Under the pieces are notes generated by a model. The model was not told the DNA's origin and made no database searches. It worked only from the letters and a program-made list of their open reading frames with translations. The translations under genes and the position numbers were made by a program. 56,578 bases of DNA, from the IMG/VR virus record IMGVR_UViG_3300006103_000010; one strand, 5' to 3'. This stretch comes from an uncultured virus (IMG/VR IMGVR_UViG_3300006103_000010). Its lineage: Duplodnaviria > Heunggongvirae > Uroviricota > Caudoviricetes. This document shows positions 18,811 to 28,636 of the stretch, piece after piece. The number at the start of each line of letters is the position of its first letter. Position 1 is the stretch's first letter.

Positions 18811-19200
18811 ATGGAACGTGTTCAGTTAGAAAACTCTGATGTCTACTTGATGGTTCATGACAGCGATCAGTGCAATGGGCAACAGTGCACCATTCACAAC
18901 ATATCTGATCATTCCATGCGGTCTTTTCCACAGCACTGGAGAACTGACCGTGGTATCATGGAACGCATCTGCACTCATGGTATTGGTCATCCTGATCCAG
19001 ATGAGTACAGGATCACAGAGCTCAAAGAGACCAGCGTGCACGGTTGCGATGGGTGCTGTGGTAGTGTAGAGTGGGACAAGGAGCAGTACAACCCACTCGC
19101 AGTATTTATGGACTGTCCACAGTGTGGTTCAGACCTCAAGCCAGAGCATGCTCACTACAAGTGTGGTGGATGTGGTTGGCGGGACAGCTGCTGCGACTAA
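18811..19200 (+). CDS. Cys/His-rich protein (ERICxHGxGHPDPD) with C-terminal zinc ribbon
   Basis: Motif plus CPQCG..CGGCG; shares motifs with 32987-33280. Confidence 0.7.
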   Translation: MERVQLENSDVYLMVHDSDQCNGQQCTIHNISDHSMRSFPQHWRTDRGIMERICTHGIGHPDPDEYRITELKETSVHGCDGCCGSVEWDKEQYNPLAVFMDCPQCGSDLKPEHAHYKCGGCGWRDSCCD

Positions 19201-19205
19201 AGTCT

Positions 19206-19295
19206 GGAAGCATGCCTGAGTGGCCGAATGGGACGGTTTGCTAAACCGTTGAGTGTGCAAGCGCTCCGTGGGTTCGAATCCCACTGCTTCCGCCA
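19206..19295 (+). tRNA. tRNA-Ser(GCU)
   Basis: GGAAGCA/TGCTTCC, ACGGT-TTGCTAA-ACCGT, long variable arm, GCCA end. Confidence 0.95.
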
Positions 19296-19320
19296 GCATT
19301 AACAACAAGTAAGGAGCAAC

Positions 19321-19704
19321 ATGGAACCATACAAGTATGAGCTGGACATGGATTACAAGCCAGCTGACGTGAAGGGCAAGATGGAAGGCATTGGCAAAAG
19401 CATTGCTGGCATCTATTTATTCAACAAGATCAGAAAGATTAGCAAGAACCAAAAAGAATTTCTTCTGGAAGAGCCAGAAGATTTTTCTGAACTACCAGAA
19501 GACCAGCAGATAGTTACTGTTAACGAATACGTTTTCTATGAGGCAGGCATCCAAAAGCTGGAGAGTTCACTCTCAGAACTGTTGGATAGATACCTTGAGC
19601 ACTGTCCTACCCCTGATGGTGATATCATCGACAGGGCACTGTATGCTCTTAGCCTCATCAACTACGTCAAAGGAACAGAGGAAGAAAATGGAACTGAAGC
19701 TTAA
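19321..19704 (+). CDS. Hypothetical protein
   Basis: AAGGAG SD; 127 aa. Confidence 0.7.
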   Translation: MEPYKYELDMDYKPADVKGKMEGIGKSIAGIYLFNKIRKISKNQKEFLLEEPEDFSELPEDQQIVTVNEYVFYEAGIQKLESSLSELLDRYLEHCPTPDGDIIDRALYALSLINYVKGTEEENGTEA

Positions 19705-19990
19705 TGTAAGTATTGGCGCAACTCTTCAGGTGCGCAACTCCAAAGGTGAGTGGGACTGGATCAAGCCAGAGGTTGGCTGTGAGATCAAGCTGGTTGATGG
19801 TGAGATCGTAGTCGATGCTTTGCAAGACCAGTTCTCTGCCATGTGGGATGACGTTGTTGGGCCACAGTTCGCCAGCGTTGTCAAAGAACTTATAAGTGAG
19901 CAGCAGCCAGCTGTTGCTAGCAAACCAGCTCCCGTCGAACGCAACCCCGACAGTGACCTGGCACCAGTGACGGATGACTACGAGTACTAA
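19688..19990 (+). CDS. Hypothetical protein with acidic tail
   Basis: GAGG SD before ATG 19688; its N-terminus is duplicated at 17233. Confidence 0.75.
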   Translation: MELKLNVSIGATLQVRNSKGEWDWIKPEVGCEIKLVDGEIVVDALQDQFSAMWDDVVGPQFASVVKELISEQQPAVASKPAPVERNPDSDLAPVTDDYEY

Positions 19991-20810
19991 ACCGTTAGTG
20001 CTTGTCCATGTCCTAGTGAAGGACAAGGAACATACACTACCGTTCTACCTGGAAACATTAGAGCAGTGGTCCTATCCTAAGGATAGGATCATTCTCTATG
20101 TTAAGACTAATAACAACCAGGATAGAAGTCGTGAGATCCTGTCAGAGTGGACAGCCAAAGTGTCTGACCTGTACAAAAAAGTTATATTTGAAGACTATGA
20201 TCTACAAGCTCCTATAACTAAATACACCACTCATGAATGGAATGCTGACAGGCAGCGTGTTATGCGAGCCGTGCGTACCAAAGGCTTTATCGCAGCTGTA
20301 GAAGAAGGCTGTGATTATTATTTTACTAGCGACGTTGACAATTTCCTGGTTCCAGAAACCCTGGATGCTATGGTAGAAGCCAACATGCCTGTGATCGCTC
20401 CCATGCTAAGCTATGCATGCGATGAGAATGAAGCGTCCGGCCCGTTCCCCAGTAACTCTACATACAGCAACTTTGATGTAACTGTGATGGACTGTGGGGA
20501 TACCCACAATACAAACGGTGACTTTGATACGTTTTACTATACTATTTTGCAACGGCAGATTATTGGACTGTTCGAGGTGGGTATAGTACACTGTACATAT
20601 CTTATACGCAGTGATGTGTTTGACAGAGTCAGCTACCAGAATGGTCATCCCGAAGGTTGCGAGTACATAACGTTTGCTTACAATCTGAGAATCTATGGCA
20701 TACCACAGATCATTGATAACCGTAGGGTGTACGGTTGCCTGACTGCTAAAGAAGAAAACGTAGACTATTGTAGAGCATACCTGGAAAGGTTAAAGAAGGA
20801 ATACCTATGA
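19974..20810 (+). CDS. GT-A glycosyltransferase (procollagen galactosyltransferase N-domain-like)
   Basis: YPKDRI..TNNNQDRS..DYYFTSDVDNFL..VIAPML..VHCTYLI. Confidence 0.75.
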   Translation: MTTSTKPLVLVHVLVKDKEHTLPFYLETLEQWSYPKDRIILYVKTNNNQDRSREILSEWTAKVSDLYKKVIFEDYDLQAPITKYTTHEWNADRQRVMRAVRTKGFIAAVEEGCDYYFTSDVDNFLVPETLDAMVEANMPVIAPMLSYACDENEASGPFPSNSTYSNFDVTVMDCGDTHNTNGDFDTFYYTILQRQIIGLFEVGIVHCTYLIRSDVFDRVSYQNGHPEGCEYITFAYNLRIYGIPQIIDNRRVYGCLTAKEENVDYCRAYLERLKKEYL

Positions 20811-21376
20811 CTGTTATCGCTGCTGCAATCACGCGTAAAGATGGTGTTGTTATCGTTGGTGATTCCGAACTAACCTGGGACTACACCAAGGATGATGATG
20901 GTTCGAGCAAGCTGTGGGTAGCACCGCAGCATCGGTTTATCTTTGGTGGCTGTGGTAACGTACGTTCCATGCAGGTGATCAAGCACTGGGTAGACTGGCC
21001 ACACTTCCGTGATGACCATGACGTTGAAGAGTTTATGGTGAAAGAAGTTGTCACCAGGATGCGTGAAGCACTGCAGTATCATGGAGCTATGTCAGTGAGC
21101 AAGCGCACCGAGAGTTTTGATGGTAGCATCATCATGGCCTGGCAAAACAACCTGGCAGTGATTGATGATTCCTTTGGTGTTGCAATCCCTGCCAGTGGGC
21201 GCTATGCTATCGGTAGTGGCATCAGCGAAGCCCTTGGAAGCCTGGGTAACACCGGGCCATGGACCAAGGGTGATGTGATTGAAGCAGCAAGACGTGCTAC
21301 ACTGACAGCACTAGGAGTTGGTGGCCCGTTGTGGGTTACTACTACAAGGTCTCTACAAGTAGAGCAAATCCAGTAA
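20807..21376 (+). CDS. Ntn-hydrolase, HslV/proteasome beta-like peptidase
   Basis: M-T-VIAA start (Thr nucleophile), GDS, SKL, YAIGSG..ALG, VGGP. Confidence 0.8.
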   Translation: MTVIAAAITRKDGVVIVGDSELTWDYTKDDDGSSKLWVAPQHRFIFGGCGNVRSMQVIKHWVDWPHFRDDHDVEEFMVKEVVTRMREALQYHGAMSVSKRTESFDGSIIMAWQNNLAVIDDSFGVAIPASGRYAIGSGISEALGSLGNTGPWTKGDVIEAARRATLTALGVGGPLWVTTTRSLQVEQIQ

Positions 21377-21386
21377 GGAGAAAACA

Positions 21387-22061
21387 ATGAAGTACATCAT
21401 GCCAAAGCGCAAGGACGAAAAGCTGTCGCTGATCCCAAGCTTGGTACCAGAAGAATCAACACTCACCAGTCGTGCTGCAAACCGCAAGCTCAGCGAAGAG
21501 AACGTGAACCTGGCTGACATTGATGGTGTGCTTACCAGCGTGTACGAGATCATCGGCATGACTGATACCACCATTGTCAGCAATGCCACGCCAGTGCATA
21601 TCGATCTCATGGCAGAAGAACTTGTCGCAGTGCGTAATGCCAAGGATTTAATCGAAGGCCGTGAGAGCGCACTCAAGGCGTATGCCACTGATATTATCAA
21701 CTACCGAATCAGTGCTACCGGAGATGACCCATCAGAGAAGAGTGGCTTTCTGGTCAGTCCTGATAACGGTATCAAGATCAGCAAGGAAGTCAGCGGTGGC
21801 AAGCTTACTGTGGATGTTGATCTGCTCAAGACCGTGCTGGATGCAGAACAGTTCAAGAGCGTGACCAATATGGTCACTACTCACACCACCACTGAGTTCG
21901 CTGATGGTAGTGTTGAGATGAGCAAGACCACCACGTACGAGCTCAATGAAGAAGCTCTGGAAAAGCAACTGGCCCTGGGCACAGTTGGCATGGAGCAGAT
22001 TGTCAAGGCAGCTACGCCTGGCAAGATCAAGACGGCTGTGTATGTCAGAAAGCTCAAGTAG
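21387..22061 (+). CDS. Hypothetical protein
   Basis: AAGGAG SD; 224 aa. Confidence 0.75.
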   Translation: MKYIMPKRKDEKLSLIPSLVPEESTLTSRAANRKLSEENVNLADIDGVLTSVYEIIGMTDTTIVSNATPVHIDLMAEELVAVRNAKDLIEGRESALKAYATDIINYRISATGDDPSEKSGFLVSPDNGIKISKEVSGGKLTVDVDLLKTVLDAEQFKSVTNMVTTHTTTEFADGSVEMSKTTTYELNEEALEKQLALGTVGMEQIVKAATPGKIKTAVYVRKLK

Positions 22062-22112
22062 TAGAAAGAGGGTCATCCCCATTCGGGATGATGAACTGCT
22101 GTTCAACACCAC

Positions 22113-22392
22113 GATGGCTGCTGCATTCTTTGACATGACAGCCAACGCCCTCAGAAAGAAAGAGAAGTACCTGTTTGATAATCAGGCCAATCCCATTGTC
22201 GCTCACCGCACCGAAAGCAATCGCCGTAGGTACAGTCTGAACGATATCCTCAGGATTGCACACGCTCTGCGAAGAGCTGATAAGATGACGGACAGACAGC
22301 TCAGGCTGATAGTGCTAAGAGTAGATGCCTTCAAGGAACCAGTCAAGAAACACCGACTGCGTTACCGCAAGGGCCGGAACGTGATGGAGTAG
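22113..22392 (+). CDS. MerR-like HTH DNA-binding protein (start uncertain)
   Basis: AAAFFDMTANALRKKE..RTESNRRRYSLNDI. Confidence 0.7.
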
Positions 22393-22397
22393 AGGAC

Positions 22398-23381
22398 ATG
22401 CGAGTAGGATTCTGTTGTAAGTACATCGGTGACGACGAGTGCAACATGCGCTCCACCACAGTTGCCTGGCTTAACCGCCAGACCATGCGTGATGCTGAGA
22501 TCCGTATGCGTGAGATCATGCACCACAACCTGGCAGCCATTGAGAAGCTGATCCGTAACGTTGGCGCAGGGCCAGAGATCACCCGTATGGTTCGCCTGGG
22601 CAGTGACATTCTGCCCATGTATACTCACGAGGTTTGGCAGAAGTTCTGGCAGAAGCCAGACATTCAAGTCATTATTGCTGACAGGTTCAAGCAGATCGGT
22701 GACCTGGCACGTGAGCTTGACGTTCGCCTGTCATTCCACCCAGGTCAGTTCACCGTGCTTGCCAGTGACAAGCAAGATGTGGTAGAGCGTTCCATCCATG
22801 AGTTCGAGTACCACTGTGACATGATCCGCTGGATGGGATACGGACAAAAGTTCCAGGACTTCAAGTGCAACGTGCACATCAGCGGCGCGCAGGGTGCACA
22901 GGGCATTATCGATGTTCTCCCACGTTTGTCAACAGAAGCACGCAACGTGATCACCATCGAGAATGACGAGATCAGCTGGGGTCTTGACGAATCGCTCAAG
23001 CTGGCAGAGCACTGCGCACTGGTGCTGGATATCCACCACCACTGGGTCAAGGAAGCAGAGTTCATTCAGCCGGATGACCCACGTGTGCAGATGGTTATCG
23101 ATAGCTGGCGTGGTCAACGACCAGTGATCCACTTCAGCTCGCCTCGTGAAAACATCCTTGATAACTACCGTGCCGATGCTCTTCCAGACCACGCACAAAT
23201 GCTCAGCGATGGTCACAACCGCATGGCAATGCGAGCACACAGCCAGTACTACACCAACAGTGCGCTGGTCCAGTGGGCTGGCACCTTCATGCCACAGTTC
23301 GATATCCAGACAGAGAGCAAGGCAAAGAACCTGTCACGTGACCGGTTCCTTCGTGAGCTAGGCCACCTGGATGCTGAATAG
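22398..23381 (+). CDS. uvsE: UV damage endonuclease
   Basis: RVGFCC, RLGSDILP, RLSFHPGQFTVL, ITIENDE, LDIHHH, RAHS, ESKAKN. Confidence 0.95.
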   Translation: MRVGFCCKYIGDDECNMRSTTVAWLNRQTMRDAEIRMREIMHHNLAAIEKLIRNVGAGPEITRMVRLGSDILPMYTHEVWQKFWQKPDIQVIIADRFKQIGDLARELDVRLSFHPGQFTVLASDKQDVVERSIHEFEYHCDMIRWMGYGQKFQDFKCNVHISGAQGAQGIIDVLPRLSTEARNVITIENDEISWGLDESLKLAEHCALVLDIHHHWVKEAEFIQPDDPRVQMVIDSWRGQRPVIHFSSPRENILDNYRADALPDHAQMLSDGHNRMAMRAHSQYYTNSALVQWAGTFMPQFDIQTESKAKNLSRDRFLRELGHLDAE

Positions 23382-24414
23382 CAGCTGGATCGTCAACCCT
23401 TCACTAGACATGGCAACTGTCTTAGAACAGTATGGCAGGTTTCTTTCGTCTGACTACCGCGTGCTTTTTGAAAGCTTAGAAGTACCAAGCATCTTTGAAG
23501 AGGACCTCACCCCGTCAGGCAGAAGATTTGTTATTGTTGGTGGCGACGAGAACCCAGGCGTATTCGCTAAGAGCATCTTTCTTTGTGCTAAGTTATCTGG
23601 TGCTGAGAGCATTGACATCAGAAGCCCTCACCTGGATGATATGTTCCTGGCACAGAATGTTCTAGAGCATCATGCTGATGGAATAGAATATAATGTTCAC
23701 ACACCATTCTTCGAAGGTATGGCCCTGAGTGACAGATGGTTCAACGCTCTGCAGCGTGCGACAGATATTATTGTTTATGGTAATGAAAATACTGTAAGCA
23801 TGTACCGTGATTATGAAACAGTTGACAGAGCTGTGTGGGAATACCCGGAGCGATTTTCGTTTGGCATTATCAAGTCTGAGGATATAAGTTACGTTCTATC
23901 TGCTGAGATCTGTTTTGATTTCGTGGCTTACTATGGCCATGGTCGTCTTGCTCCAAAGTTTTATTTTGTCATTGGACCCATAACAAAAGATATTATCAAG
24001 ATGATAAGCGGATGTATGGTCACAGTATTTGCTACTGCTGTAGAAGAGTACAGAGATAAGCTGCCATTTACTCGTAAGAGCGACTTCACAGAAAAATATA
24101 TTAACTCCAAGTATGCGTCATACTATTTGAGAGTCAGCAGGTTGAGTGATAAGGATCTGTTTGAACCACTATATGGTGATGTCAGGCTGGTACAGGTGAA
24201 TGACCTTGAAGAAATCAAAGAGTTCATTGTAAAATACAGGGACAGTATCAGCACTGTTGCAGTGCACTACGATGATGACGATACATTCGATGAGGTGTGT
24301 GATATGATGTTGCCAAGAGTTTGTGAGATCGGTGACATGCAGTTCCCAGACTTTTTTGAACAGTATGATATTGTTGATGATTTTGAAATCTATGTAAAAT
24401 ATGAGGAGGAATAG
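23371..24414 (+). CDS. Divergent LuxC-like (acyl-CoA reductase fold) protein
   Basis: DIIVYGNENTV..R..ERFSFGII..DFVAYYGHGRLAP..ISTVA..RVCEIGDMQFP follows the LuxC motif order. Confidence 0.55.
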   Translation: MLNSSWIVNPSLDMATVLEQYGRFLSSDYRVLFESLEVPSIFEEDLTPSGRRFVIVGGDENPGVFAKSIFLCAKLSGAESIDIRSPHLDDMFLAQNVLEHHADGIEYNVHTPFFEGMALSDRWFNALQRATDIIVYGNENTVSMYRDYETVDRAVWEYPERFSFGIIKSEDISYVLSAEICFDFVAYYGHGRLAPKFYFVIGPITKDIIKMISGCMVTVFATAVEEYRDKLPFTRKSDFTEKYINSKYASYYLRVSRLSDKDLFEPLYGDVRLVQVNDLEEIKEFIVKYRDSISTVAVHYDDDDTFDEVCDMMLPRVCEIGDMQFPDFFEQYDIVDDFEIYVKYEEE

Positions 24415-24669
24415 ATGCTTAAGATGCTAGAAAAGAACAGTGCAATAATCAAGGTATGGTTGGTGGTGGTTATGACGTTGCTATTCATCATCACTCTGCC
24501 AGTGTTCATTGTTGTGCTGCCATTTGTAGCTGCATACAATCTTGTTGAGCACATCTACAAGCCAAAGCAAACAAACAGCAGAGTAAAAAAGCTGGACTTT
24601 GATCTTGGTCCAGATGTATTCGACAAGTGGTTCGGTAACATCAACTGGGAAAACCCGGAAGGAAAGTAA
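24415..24669 (+). CDS. Small membrane protein
   Basis: Long hydrophobic stretch VWLVVVMTLLFIITLPVFIVVLPFVAA. Confidence 0.7.
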   Translation: MLKMLEKNSAIIKVWLVVVMTLLFIITLPVFIVVLPFVAAYNLVEHIYKPKQTNSRVKKLDFDLGPDVFDKWFGNINWENPEGK

Positions 24670-24674
24670 ATATC

Positions 24675-25046
24675 ATGAGTAAGTTAGCACAACCCGATGA
24701 TCAGATGTTCGAAAGGAATCTGGCCATCATGTCATCACGCAAGAAAGAGATCAGAGTGTTCAGCGATGGTTTCATCTACGAGGGTTTCTTGTGTGGGCTG
24801 GACGAGAACTGGATTCAGATCTATGGGCACGAAGAGCTAGACCGTGAAGTGCCTGAGGTAAAGTGGCGCTTCATGCTGATCAGCCGTGGTAATGTGTCAG
24901 CGATTGGTCCGACAGGCCGTGACCTGGATGACTATGACAGTGAGACGCGCAACTGGATCAATGATAAGATCAGTACGTTTGCAGGCAGGTCAAGTGAGTT
25001 CAACGCAGTAAGGAGCACGAACCGTGGTAAGCGAGAAAACGTTTGA
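24675..25046 (+). CDS. Putative Sm/Hfq-like fold protein
   Basis: KKEIRVFSDGFIYEGFLCGLDENWIQI (Sm1-like) and FMLISRGNVSAI (Sm2-like). Confidence 0.45.
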   Translation: MSKLAQPDDQMFERNLAIMSSRKKEIRVFSDGFIYEGFLCGLDENWIQIYGHEELDREVPEVKWRFMLISRGNVSAIGPTGRDLDDYDSETRNWINDKISTFAGRSSEFNAVRSTNRGKRENV

Positions 25047-25488
25047 TGGACAGCCCGGCGATTACGACAGCAACAGCTATGATGACTATGAAGAGCTGGA
25101 ACAGCCCGACAACATCCAACAGCTGGTAACTGAAGTATCGCTGGCAGCGCCTACAGCCAAAGAGCTGCTGCTATATTTTGCCAACCGCTACAAGGAAGCA
25201 CACGGCTTCGAGTACATTGTAGAGTGGGTGAAGGAGATCGCTATCTTCAAGAGCTTTATCGAACGCTACGGCGCTGACGCTGGGCCAATGATCGAGCTGT
25301 TGTTTGACAAGCATGCTGGCAAACTGGACAACATGGTATTGACAGTCACAGCTTTCACCAAGGGCAGCAAGTGGATTCAGGACAAGCTGTACATCGAGCT
25401 GCAGCAGAACCGGATCAAGAAAGAAAACAGGGTTAGTACAGAAGGGATAATGGCAACCGATGAGTTCCTTAACAGATTCGCTATTTGA
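25024..25488 (+). CDS. Hypothetical protein, possible replication initiator partner
   Basis: Directly precedes and overlaps the DnaC-like gene. Confidence 0.6.
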   Translation: MVSEKTFDGQPGDYDSNSYDDYEELEQPDNIQQLVTEVSLAAPTAKELLLYFANRYKEAHGFEYIVEWVKEIAIFKSFIERYGADAGPMIELLFDKHAGKLDNMVLTVTAFTKGSKWIQDKLYIELQQNRIKKENRVSTEGIMATDEFLNRFAI

Positions 25489-26260
25489 TTGGGGCAAGGA
25501 CTACGTGGATCTCACGTATCAGTTCTTGAACGATGGTGACAAGGATTACCTAGAGCAAAAGTACCCACAGTTTGATAGTTTTAGTAAGGCTGGGTGCCCT
25601 ACTTGTGAGGACAGAATCTGCGGCGATTGCAAGGCACAGCTGCAGTTGTACAAGCACTATCTACTGGCAGGTATTGGCCTGAACTACCAGCGCCTGGGAT
25701 GGTCTGACTTCCACGGTGACCAGAAGGCACGTGATCTTGCACAGGTTTACCTTAGCCAGCACCGTGACTTCATCAAGGGTGGTATGGGTGTCATGTACAC
25801 CGGCAGCTGGGGCACTGGCAAGACACTGCTCAGCAGCCTGATTGCCAAGGAGATGGTCAAGCTTGGCTATGATGTATACTTCGCCACGTTCACTCAGATG
25901 GTTGACGAGTTCACACGTGGTTGGGGTAGCAACGAGGACAAGATGCGTTTTGAGGCCAAGGTGGTCAAGAGCGACGTGTTCTTCCTGGATGACATTGGTA
26001 AGGAGTTTCGTACCAAGAACAACCTGAGCGAAGCAACCTTTGATCATGTGTTGCGTCAGCGTGCGCTAGACAACCGTCCAACGTTCATCACCACCAACAT
26101 GACCATCGAAGAGTTGAACGAGGGCTATGGTAGTGCTATCTTCTCCTTGCTCAAGGAACGCATGATCGTACACAACATGGATGGTGTGGACTACAGAGAG
26201 TTTGCACGCAACCGTACGCTGGATGAGATTAAGACCGGACAAGTAAGAAAGATTATCTGA
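25460..26260 (+). CDS. dnaC: DnaC/IstB-like AAA+ helicase loader
   Basis: CxxC..CxxC, GSWGTGKT, FFLDDIGKE, R..RPTFITTN. Confidence 0.88.
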   Translation: MSSLTDSLFDWGKDYVDLTYQFLNDGDKDYLEQKYPQFDSFSKAGCPTCEDRICGDCKAQLQLYKHYLLAGIGLNYQRLGWSDFHGDQKARDLAQVYLSQHRDFIKGGMGVMYTGSWGTGKTLLSSLIAKEMVKLGYDVYFATFTQMVDEFTRGWGSNEDKMRFEAKVVKSDVFFLDDIGKEFRTKNNLSEATFDHVLRQRALDNRPTFITTNMTIEELNEGYGSAIFSLLKERMIVHNMDGVDYREFARNRTLDEIKTGQVRKII

Positions 26261-27543
26261 TGGCAGACATTGAGAAGAGCCTTGTTAGACACTTTGTCAA
26301 CCTGGAATCGTTCAACGATATCTGGAATAAGGGCGTGCGCAGTGAACACTTCTTCGATGAAGGAGTGAAGGAGTTGTTCGATTACAGCCTGGACTACTAC
26401 ATCCGTAGCGAGTTCAAGCAGACCATCACAGAAGATTTCCTAAAGACCAAGTTCGCTGACTACTTTGCCAGGAACGAATGGCCAGAGCAGGAGTACCTGG
26501 TGGGTGTTCTGATCGAAGAACTAATGGCCAAGTACCGCAAGGCAATGACACAGAGCGTGCTGCTCAAGGCAGCTAACGCGCTGGAAGAGAGTCCAGAAGA
26601 GGGCATCAACATTGCACTCAGCAGCCTGACCAAGATCCAGAGCGACACCAGTACCCGTGAGCGCATTGAGATCTACGGTCAGGGATACGAGCGACGGGTC
26701 AACGAGTACATCGACAACGTTGCTAACTCTTCTACCGAAAAGCGTGGCATCTACTTTGGCTGGGATGAACTTAATGACCACATGTACGGCATCCAGAAGG
26801 GTGAGCTGGCTGTGGTGGTTGGTATCCCGAACGTTGGTAAGAGCTGGGTGGGTGCACAGATTGCACTGGAAGCAGCACGACGCAAGCAGCGTGTGTACTT
26901 TGCCAGCCTGGAGCTGCGCAAGGAGCTTACCCTGATGCGATTGGACTGTCTGGCCAGTGGTGTACCCTATGGTCGATACGAGCGAGGACAACTTACTCCT
27001 GCTGAACTTAAGTTACTTAAGGAAGCTCGAGAAGAGGTCATGGAGTACGGTGAGTACCTGTTGATCGACAGCCCCAGCAAGAAGAACGAACGTAGTGTTA
27101 TGGAGCTGTACAGCAAGGCCAAGCACTGGGGAGCTGACCTGATGGTGGGTGACCAGCTAAGTTGGATCACAACTGAGAAGAACTACGGTACAGCCAACAA
27201 CTTCCAGAGCCTGCAGATGGCAGAGGTAATCACTGATGTTGCTAGTGTGAATCGAGAGATGGGCATGGCCAGTGTCTGGCTGGCTCAGTTCAACCGTGAA
27301 GCCATGAAGAGCAAGAAGGGCCGTGGTGGCCTGGCGAACATTGGTTTGAGCAGCCAGGTAGAGCAGATCGTTGACTGGGCATTCGGAATTGGATGCACCA
27401 AGGAGATGAAGGCTAACGAAGCACTGGTACTGGATATCCTGAAGAGTCGACGTAGTAACTTAAAGAGCTGGATGATGGCATTCGAGCTTCGTGATAGCAC
27501 TGCACTAAGAGTGGTTCGTGAGTATGAAGACGCTAGCGAGTAA
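26260..27543 (+). CDS. dnaB: Replicative helicase
   Basis: GELAVVVGIPNVGKS, SLE, GDQL, LAQFNRE, ILKSR. Confidence 0.92.
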   Translation: MADIEKSLVRHFVNLESFNDIWNKGVRSEHFFDEGVKELFDYSLDYYIRSEFKQTITEDFLKTKFADYFARNEWPEQEYLVGVLIEELMAKYRKAMTQSVLLKAANALEESPEEGINIALSSLTKIQSDTSTRERIEIYGQGYERRVNEYIDNVANSSTEKRGIYFGWDELNDHMYGIQKGELAVVVGIPNVGKSWVGAQIALEAARRKQRVYFASLELRKELTLMRLDCLASGVPYGRYERGQLTPAELKLLKEAREEVMEYGEYLLIDSPSKKNERSVMELYSKAKHWGADLMVGDQLSWITTEKNYGTANNFQSLQMAEVITDVASVNREMGMASVWLAQFNREAMKSKKGRGGLANIGLSSQVEQIVDWAFGIGCTKEMKANEALVLDILKSRRSNLKSWMMAFELRDSTALRVVREYEDASE

Positions 27544-28555
27544 CCGATATGATAAAGCACCTAAAGAAGACCTTTCGGGTCTGGATGGATACAGTGTGCT
27601 TGTCAATATTATCGGTGCTCAAAATATCACGCCATCAGGAGACGAGCTCGTACATAGTTGCCCACTACCATTCGGTAACCACCGAAACGGAGATACAAAT
27701 CCATCAGCTAGTCTTAACCTATCCAGCCTTCTCTTCAACTGCTTTACGTGCGGAGGAGGGGATCTGGCTTGGCTGGTGTCAAACGTGCTCGGAATGCCAC
27801 GTAGCGATGCCGTTGCACTACTACGGAATGAGTCGCAAGGATCAAGGCTTGTTCCTACAGAAGAATTCACCAATCGCCTCAAGGGGGTCTTCGATAAGGA
27901 ACCGGTTAAGCGCGAAGAAATCCCAGTCTATAGTGATACCATTATCAACAGATGGGTGATGCCCTGTGATTACCTTACTGATCGTGGCGTGAGCGAGCAG
28001 GTACAAGCAGAGATGCGTACCGGCGTTGACCGTGACAGGATTGAGGTATCTCGTTCATATGCTGGGGAGCACAGCGTGAGAGTGGACAGGGTTGTTTTGC
28101 CACACTTCATGAATGGCAAGTTGATCGGCTGGGTCGCTAGAAAGATCCAGGATGTAGAAGGCTTGCCCAAGTATCGCAACAGCAAGGGATTCCCTCGCGG
28201 AGCATGGCTGTACAACATGGATAACGTGCAAAGCATGGAAGATATCTATGTGGTAGAGAGCCCGATGAGTGTGCTAGTCTTGAAGAGCCGAGGCATTAAC
28301 AACGTGGTAGCAACGTTTGGTGCTAAGGTGGAAGGCAAGCAGATTGATTTGTTGCGCAAGTTCTCTAGTGTTACCATCTTCATGGATGGTGACGAGGCAG
28401 GCAGAAAGTCCACACGGAATTTGGTGCGTGAGCTATCCTCATACACCAGGGTGCGAGTGATTGACACACCCGATGGGCATGACCCTGCTACACTGGAGCA
28501 GGTGCCAGAATCAGTGGGTTCACTGGCCTGGCAAATCAGTTCGGTTGGTGCTTGA
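27518..28555 (+). CDS. dnaG: DNA primase
   Basis: Zinc finger CP..H..CFTC, PKYRNS, TOPRIM VVES..DGDEAG..DP. Confidence 0.92.
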   Translation: MSMKTLASNRYDKAPKEDLSGLDGYSVLVNIIGAQNITPSGDELVHSCPLPFGNHRNGDTNPSASLNLSSLLFNCFTCGGGDLAWLVSNVLGMPRSDAVALLRNESQGSRLVPTEEFTNRLKGVFDKEPVKREEIPVYSDTIINRWVMPCDYLTDRGVSEQVQAEMRTGVDRDRIEVSRSYAGEHSVRVDRVVLPHFMNGKLIGWVARKIQDVEGLPKYRNSKGFPRGAWLYNMDNVQSMEDIYVVESPMSVLVLKSRGINNVVATFGAKVEGKQIDLLRKFSSVTIFMDGDEAGRKSTRNLVRELSSYTRVRVIDTPDGHDPATLEQVPESVGSLAWQISSVGA

Positions 28556-28580
28556 CACAGCGACAGCAGTCGTGTATAAT
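28552..28580 (+). promoter_or_regulatory. Consensus sigma70 promoter for the SSB gene
   Basis: TTGACA-17 bp-TATAAT, perfect consensus. Confidence 0.9.
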
Positions 28581-28636
28581 GGTAGAGCAGTAACCGCCAA
28601 ACCAAAACACACCTACAACACAAGGAAACCAAAACA

